Shown here in pieces: positions 38,961 to 49,710 of a stretch of DNA of 64,000 nucleotides. Each line of letters begins with the position of its first letter. Position 1 is the stretch's first letter. Origin of the DNA: Malacoraja senta (Eukaryota); the NCBI GenBank assembly GCA_038087875.1, contig CM075996.1, positions 1,304,001-1,368,000 of the forward strand, given 5' to 3'. The notes below the pieces were generated by a model. That model searched no databases and was not told where the DNA came from. It worked only from the letters and a program-made list of their open reading frames with translations. The translations under genes were made by a program, and so were the position numbers.

Positions 38961-41667
38961 ACTATCACAAGTTTTAACAACTTTTGGAGGTTCTTGCTAC
39001 TTTTCTCTGAGATTCTAACGTAACCCACTTTACCCCCACAGTTTACAGCGTAGCTCAGACAGGCCCTTTGGGCCACAATGTCCGTGTCGAACATGGTGAT
39101 AAGTCACACTCGTCTCTGCCTGCACGTGATCCACATCGCTCCGTTCTAAAAGCCTCTTAAACGCCACTATCGTGTCTGCCTCCACAACCACCCCTGGCAG
39201 CCTGTTCCAGGCACTTGAAGATAGCGGAGTCAGGGGATATGGGGAAAAGGCAGGAACGGGGTACTGATTGGGGATGATCAGCCATGATCACATTGAATGG
39301 CGGTGCTGGCTGGAGGGGCCGAATGGCCTCCTCCTGCCCCTATTGTCTATTGTCACCCACCACTCTGCTTAAATAAAACAAACACTTGCCCAGCCCATCT
39401 CCTTTAAACTTGAGTTTAAATAACAACATTACCATCGAGACTATTATTGTGGCCCAGAGCAGTATGATTGCTTTCATAGGTCAGGACATTCAGCATCAGA
39501 GTCAAGAAGTTATGATGCAGTTGCCAAATAATTGGGCAGCAGGGTGGTGCAGCGGTAGAGCTGTGACCTTACTGCGCCAGAGACCAGGTTCGATCCTCAC
39601 TACGGGTGCTGTCTGTATGGAGTCTTACCTTCTTCCTGTGACCACGTGGGTTTTCTCCGGGTGCTCTGGTTTCAGCCAACACACCAAGGACGTACAGGTT
39701 AATTGGCTTTGCTAAAATTGTAAATTGTCTCTAGTGTATAGGTTAGGGTTAGCTAGTTGGCATGGATTTGGCGGGCTGAAGGGCCTGTTTCTGCAATGTA
39801 TCTCGAGTCTAAAAGGAAGGATGTGCAGGCTGTGGAGAGGGTGCAGGCGCGGTTTACCTGAATGCTGCCTGGATTAGGGGGTATTTGCCACAGGAAGAGG
39901 TTGGACAGACTTGCATTGTTTTCTCTGGAACACCAGAGGTTATGGGCAGTTTATATTGTTCTAGAAAAGAAGTTCTAGGGGGTGGTCACAGTGGCGCAGC
40001 GGTAGAGTTGCTGCCTTACAACGAGTGCAGCGCCGGAGACCCGGGTTCCATCCCGACTACGGGTATTTTTTGTAGGGAGTTTGTAAGTTTTCCCCTGTGA
40101 CCTGCGTGGGTTTTCTCCGAGATCTTCGGTTTCCTCCCACACTCCAAAGACGTGAAGTTTTGTAGGTTAATTGGCTTAGTAAATGTAAAATTGTCCCTAG
40201 GTGTAGGATAGTGTTAATGTTCGTGGATCGCTGGTCAGCGCAGGCCCAGTGGGCTGAAGGGCCTGTTTCCACGCTGTATCTCTAAACTAAAGTTGTCAAG
40301 CTGGAGATGGAGAAGATTTACGAGGATGTTGTCATGACTCGAGGGCTTGAGCTATAGGGGGAGGTTGAGCAGGCTAGGGATATTCCCTGGAGCGCAGGAG
40401 GATGAAGGGTGATCTTATGGAGGTGTCCACAATCATGAGTGGAATAGGATCAGAATCAGATCTTATTCGCCAAGTATGTTTTGCAACATACGAGGAATTT
40501 CACTGGCCAGGTCAGTCATACAATTAAAAGCAACAGACTCAAAAACACATTTTAACATGAATATCCACCACAGTGACTCCTACACATTCTTCACTGTGAT
40601 GGAAGGCAAAATAAAGTTCAAGTCCTTCCTTTTGTTCTTCGGGCTGATCGAACCTCACGTCGGGGCTGGTCGAACCTTAGATCGGGTAAACACACATTAT
40701 TTTGTGCAGAATAGGGGAATGGAGAAACAGAGGACGTAGATTTATGGTGAGGGTGTGGGAAAGATGCAACAGGAACCTGAGGGGTAACTCTTTGACACAA
40801 AGGGTGGCAGGTGTATGGAACGAGGTGCCAAAGGAGGCGGTTGAGGCAGGTACTACTGCAATGTTTAAAAAACATTTGGACAGGTACGTGGATGGGACGG
40901 GTTTGGAGGGATATGGGCCAAACGCAGGCAGGTGGGACAACTATAGATGGGACATGTTGGTTGGCGTGGACAAGTTGTTTGCACGATGTATGATCCTGTG
41001 GCTCTAAACCCTGCGAGCTGCGGTTTGCTGCCAGTCCTGCAGTGGTGGGGCAGGCGCAGCAACGCCCACTGTTTACACTCAGCCCAGCTCCATCCGCCAG
41101 AAGATTCCCGCAAATCCCACAACCATTCCCCAAGCGCTGCGGAGCAAGTAAAATGTGTTGCATTTTGCTTTGATTGTTTGTGTTGGTTGAAATGGATTTG
41201 AATTATTTAGAAGTTTTAAGCGATTTTTTTAAAAATATAGCATTTAATGGCTGCTTTAATTTTCAATCGTTTTTTGTAATCGAGTTTGAATCCTTTTCCT
41301 GAGGGGGAAACTTAATTGGGATCTGCGAAACGAAAGTTTTTTTTTTAATGTCATTGAACATCTGGAGTCTGTTCCTCCCAGATGGTCACCAGGAACTCGA
41401 GCTCCCGGGAGGATGAGGGACTGTCTTTCAAAAGTTGAGGTGAGTGGAATGGATGTTTCAGTTTTATTTTAGAGATACAGCGCGGAAACAGACCCTTCAG
41501 CCCACTGAGTTGGCACCGACCAGCGATCCCCGCACACCAACACTATCCTACACACACTAGGGACAAATTTACATTTATACCAAAGCCAATTAACCTACAA
41601 ACCTGCACGTTTTTGGAGTGTGGAAGGAAACCGGAGCACCCAGAGAAAACCCACGCAGGTCATGGGA

Positions 41668-42070
41668 CCCGCTGAGTTACTCCAGCACTCTGAAACGTCA
41701 CCTATCCATGTTCTCCACAGATGCTGCCTGACCCGCTGAGTTACTCCAGCACTCTGAAACGTCACCTAACCATGTTCCCCACAGATGCTGCCTGACCCGC
41801 TGAGTTACTCCAGCACTCTGAAACGTCACCTATCCATGTTCCCCACAGATGCTGCCTGACCCGCTGAGTTACTCCAGCACTCTGAAACGTCACCTATCCA
41901 TGTTCCCCACAGATGCTGCCTGACCCGCTGAGTTACTCCAGCACTCTGTGAAACGTCACCTATCCATGTTCTCCACAGATGCTGCCTGACCTGCTGAGTT
42001 ACTCCAGCACTCTGTGAAACGTCACCTATCCATGTTCTCCACAGATGCTGCCTGACCCGCTGAGTTTCTC
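41668..42070. repeat. 64-66 bp tandem array (GAAACGTCACCTATCCATGTTCTCCACAGATGCTGCCTGACCCGCTGAGTTACTCCAGCACTCTGT)
   Basis: About 6 units; similar arrays at ~4680-4866, 14345-14790, 17070-17596, 27015-27385, 42925-43120, 45480-45740, 55625-56140. Confidence 0.92.
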
Positions 42071-44499
42071 CTTTAGAAAGGAGATGAGGATGAATTTCTG
42101 TAGCCGGAGGAGGTTGAATCTGTGGAATTCTTTGCTGTAGAGGCCTAGTCAGTGGATGTTTTTAAGGTGGAAATCGACAAATTCTTGATTAGTGCGGGTG
42201 TCAGGGGTTATGGGGAGAAGGCAGGAGAATGGGGTTGAGAGGGAAAGATAGATCTGCCATGATTGAATGGTGGAGAAGACTTGATGGGCCGAATGGCCTC
42301 ATTCTGCTCCTATTATGAATTCCATCACTGTCTCTCTGCAGTGTCAGAGGCTGCAGGTCGGCATGTGGCAGCACCACTCTACCTCGCCACCAGGTGTCAC
42401 TGCCTCCCACCATCAGCAACCTCTGGGATGTTTGGTTCCCAGAAGTTGGAAATTTCCAAGTTAGCTGGGATCAACAGGGACTTTCCAGAAACCGGAGACT
42501 CTGATTCCCAGCCCAGTTCTATTCAGCAAGGATTCCAGGCACCGTTTTGAAACTGGTGACCGCAGCCAACAAACCCAATAGCAATTTGAGTTGGCCACAC
42601 TCTTTGACAGTGGAGGAGGCCCAGGATTGGAAGAGTTGCTGCCTGTCCCGCTGAGTTACTCCAGCATTCAGCAGCTGCCAAGCTTGTCAATGGCAAGTTA
42701 CCATCTCCCTGGCCTGGATCTGTAGAGATCCCATGCAGAAAAAGGTGCTGGATAGACCAGGCAGTGTCTCTACAGGTGCCTCTATACCTGGAAGATCCAG
42801 CCGGGAACAAAGTGCTGGAAGTACTCGGTGTCGGGCAGCATCCGTGGCAGGAGATGGACAGATGTGTTCAATTATTGTGTAAGAAGGAGCTGCAGATGCT
42901 GGTTTACACCAAAGATAGGCACAACATGCTGGAGTAACTCAGCGGGTCAGGCAGCATCTGTGGAGAACATGGATAGGTGACGTTTCACAGAGTGCTGGAG
43001 TAACTCAGTGGGTCAGGCAGCATCTATGGAGAACATGGATAGGTGACATTGCACAGAGTGCTGGAGTAACTCAGCGGGTCAGGCAGCATCTGTGGAGAAC
43101 ATGGATAAGTGACGTTTCAGGTCAGGACCCTTCAGATCGAAGGAGGAGTTTGAAGAAGGGTCTCGACCAGAAATGTCACGTATGCATGTTCTCCAAAGAT
43201 GCTGCCTGACCTGCTGAGTTCCTCCAGCTTTATTGTTTTACCCATGTATCTGGAATGTCTGTTGCTTCCCATCGATGCCCATATAGATTGTCCATTGCTC
43301 CTAGACACAGCTCCCGTGCAGAATGCACTTTACTCCTATATACGACACCCAAACAGAATACTTAATTTCTCTGTAAGGTCCCTAAATAGGAGCCCTGTAG
43401 AGGGCTTTTAACAAATGTCATATTTATAACTCTTACATACGCTGTGAAGCGCCAATATAGCAAGTATTAAATCTCTTCATATCTCACAGAAATAGTCCTC
43501 CATTTAAAAATAGGCTTCTACATATTTATGGCCTTTGCAAAATAACTTTTGCTACCATATTAGGTCTCTGATGTCAAATGTTTTGTGTGTATATATAGCC
43601 CTTACATAAGGTAGACAAAAATGCTGGAGAAACTCAGCGGGTGAGGCAACATCTATGGAGCGAAGGAAATAGGCGACGTTTCTGGTCGAGACCCTTCTTC
43701 AGACGTCTTCTCGACCCGAAACGTCGCCTATTTCCTTCGTTCCATAGATGCTGCCTCACCCGCTGAGTTTCTCCAGCATTTTTGTCTACCTTCGATTTTC
43801 CAGCATCTGCAGTTCCTTCTTAAACATAGTCCTGACATAAAATACCTAGTAACTAAGTGTTGCACACTTACAGTACCTGTATGTCACACTTTGTATTCAC
43901 TGTTCCTACTGCAAGACCTGCAGTGTCTGCTCTAGGAGGCTTTCAGCTCAGTTTCAGTCTAGTTTATTGTCAAGTGTACCGAGGTACAGTGAAAAGCTTT
44001 TGTTGCGTGCTAACCAGTCAGAAGAAAGACAATACATGATTACAATTGAGCCATTTACAGTGTACAGATACATGATAAGGGAATAACGTTTGGTGCAAGG
44101 TAAATGAATGAATAAGTTTATTGGCCAAGTATTCACATACAAGGAATTTGCCTAGGTGCTCTGCCTGCAAGTGACAACATGATGTATGACAGTTAAGTAT
44201 GACACATAAAACATTAAACATTAATAATAAAACATTATTGACTAAACATGTGAATTGAATAAAATACCAGAGTAAAGCCAGCAAAGTTACTCCAGCACTT
44301 TGTGTCTATCTTTGGTATAAACTAGCATCTGCAGTTCCTGGTGTCTCGACCTGAAGCGTCCCCTGTCCATGTTCTCCAGAGATGCTGCCTGTCCCCACAG
44401 AGTCACTCCAGCACACCGTGCTTGTCTCCAGTGTAAACCAGCATCTGCAGTTCCTCCATCCAAAACATCTGCTCAGGCTCTAACATCTGGAGGCTGCCA

Positions 44500-45064
44500 A
44501 CCAATGGGGAGTAGCCCTGGCGGTGGCCCCGCCGCAGCCAATCAGCGATCTCGTCTCATCCCGTGGCAGGTTGTCATTGACTGCCGCAGCCAATCCGCGC
44601 CCTCGTCTCATCCCGTTGGGGGTGTCATGGGGGGGCCGCAGCCAATCAGCACTCTCGTCTCATCCCGTGGCGGGTTGATATGGGGTTGCAGCCAATCAGC
44701 GCCCTTGTCTCATCCCGTTGTGGGGGGTTGCAGCCAATCAACCATCTCGTCTTATCCCGTGACGGGTTGCCATGGGAGATTGCAGCCAATCAGCGCTCTC
44801 ATCCCGTGGCGGGTTGTCATGGGGGGGGGCAGCAGCCAATCAGCGTCCTCGTCTCATCCCGTGGATGGTTTGTCATGAGTGGGTTGCAGCCATTCAGTGC
44901 TCTTGTCTCATCCCGTGGCGCGTTGCCATGGAGGGCCGCAGCCAATCAGAACGCGGGTCTCAGCCACCCAGTCAGGAGTGCCGCGGTTGCCATGGCGACC
45001 GGTGTCCGGGGGTCAGGGGTCGGAGCGTTTGGCGGGAGCGGGAGCGGCGGCGGGAGGAGTGGAG
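44500..45064 (+). promoter_or_regulatory. POLD1: POLD1 CpG-rich promoter with tandem CCAAT modules, X-box and E2F site; probable non-coding exon 1 ending at 45064
   Basis: Nine repeated GCAGCCAATCAGC-type units; GTTGCCATGGCGAC at 44986-44999; TTTGGCGGGA at 45028-45037; donor GAG|GTAAC at 45064. Confidence 0.75.
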
Positions 45065-46263
45065 GTAACGGCACGCGGCGCGGGCAGCGGGGACTGACCG
45101 GAGCCGGGGAACTCGAGGCCCAGGCTCCGCTAGGCCCGAGGGAGAAGAGGAGGGGGAAGAATGGGGAGAGAGAGAGAGAGAGAGAGAGGAGGAAGGGGAG
45201 GAAGGGGGTAATAATGGAGGTAGTGAGAGATGGAAGGGGGGGTGGGGGGGGGGGACTGGAGGTGCATTTGTGCAGCGCCCGGCACGTCCCCGGGACTCCC
45301 GCAGCTCGGGAGGAGCGGCTGCTCAGTGATCCAGAAACAGGCCCTTCGGCCCACAATGTCCGTGCTAGGCCTGGTGCCAAGTTAAACTAGTCCCCTCTGC
45401 CTCACATGGTCCACATCCCTGGTCTAAAATCCCCATCAGCGCCACTATCACCACCCTGAGTCTGAGCAGGGGTCAAGAGCTGAAACATCACCTATCCCTG
45501 TTCTCCACAGATGCTGCCTGACCCGCTGAGTTACTCCAGCACTCTGTGAAACATCACCTATCCCTGTTCTCCACAGATGCTGCCTGACCCGCTGAGTTAC
45601 TCCAGCACTCTGTGAAACGTCACCTATCCATGTTCTCCACAGATGCTGCCTGACCCACTGAGTTACTCCAGCACTCTGTGAAACGTCACCTATCCATGTT
45701 CTCCACAGATGCTGCCTGACCCACTGAGTTACTCCAGCACTCTTGTGTCCTGAGATGATTGAAAGATGCTCTGTTTTGATATAAGAAAAATACACAAGAG
45801 TGCTGGAGCAACTCAGCGGGTCAGGCATCCAGCATCTGTGGAGGAAATGCTGGGACGCCTTCTTCAGACCAATGCACCCACTCCCACTCCCCACTCCATC
45901 CGTCTGAATAAGGGTTCTGAGCCAAAATGTCATCTATTTGTTCCCTGCACAAATGCTGCCTGACCAGAAAAACTTTGTTGTTTGCTCAAGATTCCAGCCT
46001 CTTGTATCTCTGATGGTTTTCGGCAGTTGTTTGTGGAGTGAGGGCATTTGTCTGGGATTAGTGGGATAAGTGCCTTCCCTCTTATTTGGTGTAAAGAATA
46101 AACAACTGGAATGTATTATGCATTTCGCAACCTTTGAATATTCCAAGGCAGTCGTGTACTTTTGAAATCCAATTGTTATTGTTAGAAAGGAAACATGATC
46201 ATCATTTTATCCCTGCAAGTTCCCATAAACTGCTTGTGCATTTATTTTAATGTTTGGGTGGTG

Positions 46264-46680
46264 CTTGCATCAACAAACTCATCGGGAAGGCCGGCTCCGT
46301 CCTGGGGGTGGAGTTGAATTCATGGGAGGTTGGTCTTGGAGGGGAGGATGCTCCTCAAACTGCGGAGCATCCTGGACAATACAGCTCACCCCCTCCACGA
46401 CACACTGGCCAACCTGAGGAGCACCTTCAGCAACAGACTGGTCCCACCAAGATGCAGCACAGAACGCCACAGGAGATCCTTCTTCCCTGTGGCTATCAAA
46501 CTGTACAAATCCTCCCCCTTCTGTAGTGGGGTAGACCGACTCTCCCCCCCCCCCCCACAAACTTTGCACATCCCCAATCATTTCCACTCGTAACTTTAAT
46601 TTCATGTTTCATGTATTTTGTGTTTTCTATGACTGATGTCAGATGAATTTCCCTCCTGAGATAAATATCCTGTCGTATCA
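46264..46680 (+). mobile_element. Rex1/Babar-like LINE 3' fragment
   Basis: LNKLI.KAGSVLG-like segment, then ILDNTAHPLH...RLVPPRCSTERHRRSFFPVAIKLY. Confidence 0.75.
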
Positions 46681-47114
46681 TATTGTGAATGTTGGCCATG
46701 GTACTGGGACTTCTCCAGTGCCAAGTATATTTATTTGAATTGTCAATTGTCCCTAGTGTGTGTAGGATAGTGTTAGTGTGCGGGGATCGCTGGTCGGTAC
46801 AGACTCGGTGGGCCGAAGGGCCTGTTTCCACGCTGTATCTCTAAACTACACTAAAACTAAATTTCCCTATGGTCGGCCCATATCCCTCTAAACCTTTCCA
46901 ATCCACGTACTTGTCAAAATGTTGTCATTGTAGCCGCCTCAAATTTTGCAAATTTTGTCCTGATTTTCAGTATCCACTTATGAATGTAATGACAGATATT
47001 GAGAATAGTCCTTTATTGTAATCAATTTAGCATTGAAAGTTTTTGTTTTTGTATCTGAAATTGCCAGGGCAAACTTTAATAGTTCATCCCCATTCCTTAA
47101 TGTGAGTTTCAATA

Positions 47115-49137
47115 CCACTGGATGGCGCCTGCAATGGCAGCCTCGCCAACAGTCTGTCTCGTCCTGTCCTTCTTTGTTGTTTTATAGTATGTGTTAAATG
47201 TATGTTGTAGCGTTCTTTAGCTTGTTTTATGTGGGGAGGGGGTTTGGGGGAATCTTTTTTTAATCTGTTACCTCGATGGAGATGCGTTTTTTTTTCTGTA
47301 TTGTATCTCTGTCCGCACTGCGTCTTGCTGGAGATCGACTTCGGGAGCTCCAACCGCAGGAGTCTGCAGGACTTAACATCGCAGAGCTGGCGCTCCTTGT
47401 CAGGGATCAACCTCGGAGTTCCAACTGCGAGAGCCTGCGGACTTAACATCATGGAGCTTGCGATCCCTGGTTAGAGACCGACTTCGGGAGCTCCAGGCCA
47501 CAGGAGCTTCGACCGCCCCGACGCGGGGCTTCGATCGCTGGCTGCAGATAGTTCGACTGCACCGATCGGGGGAGAATAAAGAGGGAAGAAGATTAGACTT
47601 TATTGCCTTCCATCACAGTGAGGAATGTGGGGATTCCGCTGCGGTGGATGTTTACGTTAACCTTTATGTAGTTGTGTGTCTTGTTGCTTATTTTAGTATG
47701 ACTGAATGGTAATTCGAGTTTCACTGTACCTTAGCTGATACACGTGACAATAAAAGACCTTTGAACCTTTTTGAAGAATCAGTTGATAAATAAAGACACT
47801 GACTACTTTGCTAAGTGGTACAAGCTGGTGTTCAGCTTGACTGTACGATCAACGCTCTCAGTTTAATGTGTGGGAAAGAACTGCAGATGCTGGTTTAAAT
47901 CGAATATAGACACAAAATGCTGGAGTAACTAGTAAAAAGGAATGGGTGATGTTTTGGGTCGAGACCCTTCAGTCTGAAGAAGGGTCTCGACCCGAAACGT
48001 CACCCATTACTTCTCTCCAGAGATGCTGCCTGTCCCGTTGAGTTACTCCAGCAATTTGTGTCTCAGTTTAATGCCGGCTGAACCCTTTGCTTGAAAATCA
48101 GTGTTAATAGTTTAAAGCAAGACGCTTCTCACTGCATTTTCTCAGAGAATAATTGTCCACAGCAATTTCTAATTTCATTTATTGGAAAATGCATAATTTA
48201 TCTTTGAAACAAACTAAATCCCTGTAATAATTTACACAAAATAGATTTTTAAAATTGTGTTGCAAGTTTTCCTGGGGTTATGAAGACCGACATCTGTACA
48301 TACAAATGAGCTCCCATAATATTAAATTCAGAAGTCTACAGTTACATATTTTTGTTCTTACGGATGCAGAACTAGTTTCTGCTAGCATCCACTGTTTTAG
48401 TCATTCTTATGTTTGATGTGCTTTGCCTAACATTCAAAGATCTTTTATTGTCACTTGTACCAATTAAGGTACGGTGATATGTGAATTACCATACAGCCAC
48501 ACAAAAAAAAAGCAACAAGACACACAAATACATAAAAGTTTACATAAAAATCCACCACAGCGGATTCGCCACATTCCTCACTGTGATGGAAGGCAAAAAA
48601 TCCAATCTTCTTCCTCTTTATTTCTCCTGAGGTCGGGGCAGTCAAACCATCCGTCGGGGCGATCAAAGCTCCCGCAGCCGGCGGCCGATGTTCCCGCGTT
48701 GGGGCGATTGAAACTCCCACGGCTTGGAGTTCCCGATGTCGGTCTCTGACCAGAGACCGTGGGCTTCGTGATGTAAGTCCACAAGCACCCAAGGTTGGAG
48801 CTCCGAGGTCGATCTCTGGCGAAGGGATCGCGGGCTCTGCGATGTTAAAGTCCCGTAGGCTCCCCGCGGTGGAGCTCCCAAAAGTCGGTCTCCAGCAAAG
48901 GCCGCCAACTCCTCGATGTTAGGCTGCAGTGTGGACAGAGATACGATACGGAAACAAATCGCATCTCTGTCGAGGTAAGAGATTAGAAAAAGTTTCCCCA
49001 ACCACTTCCCCCCACCCCCACATAAAACAAGCTAAAGAACACTAAAAACATACATTTAACACATACTATTTAAACACAAAGATGGAAAGGACAGACAGAC
49101 TATTGGCGAGGCAGCCATTGCTGGCGCCACCCGGTGG
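47115..49137. repeat. Two copies of a ~650-700 bp interspersed element in inverted orientation (47115-47770 +, 48433-49137 -)
   Basis: Shared 5' CCAC.GG.TGGCGCC.GCAATGGC, internal GACTTCGGGAGCTCC subrepeats, 3' GTGACAATAAAAGA.CTTTGAA. Confidence 0.8.
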
Positions 49138-49484
49138 ACATTCATTACCATACTTGGAGTTATGGTTACCATATCACTTAGTCTAGTATCAATTGTTTTT
49201 GTTTGTATATTTTTGGACATGTACCAAATCTACTTCTGGTGGCCTGTTAAAACAAGCCCATTTGTAACCTGCAGTAGCCTGAATGCTGTTTGGATTGTAT
49301 CCTCAATTATACAGGTCCACCACCTATTTTACAGCACCCTTGGTTCTGGTTTGCTGGACCAACAGAGGTCACGGCCTTGGGTAGGGCGAGATACCGGCCC
49401 GCAAAGTCGGGTATGGGAACAAATGTACCAGTACCTATTCTCTTACTGATCTTTTAAAAACATTTTTGCTGTGTGCAGATCGAC

Positions 49485-49710
49485 ATGGAGTTTACGAGAA
49501 AGAACCTTCACAGAGGCAGTGGGCCGCAGACGAAGAAACTGCGCGGTGGTCGTGGCGACAGTGGGCCACAGTCGAAGCGCCCACGAGCAGATCGGGAGGA
49601 TGATGTGCCGTCGCAGTTCGAGGAGGAGCTGGCCTATCTGGATGAGGTGGAGGCAGAGATGACTATGGATGCTAAGGAAGTGCAGCCAGCACACGACTCT
49701 GTGCCCATTG
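49485..49710 (+). CDS. POLD1: POLD1 first coding exon (acceptor at 49478/49479)
   Basis: MEFTRK...[20 protein letters not shown]...SVPIG; G|GTAGG. Confidence 0.92.

Noticed and set aside
41668..42070. CRISPR-like appearance of the regularly repeated 64-66 bp units
   Set aside because: No unique spacers, no cas genes, vertebrate intronic/intergenic context; these are plain tandem repeats.
44369..45390. 169-aa and 236-aa ORFs over the CpG island
   Set aside because: GC-rich promoter repeat with no recognisable protein; the POLD1 start codon is at 49485.
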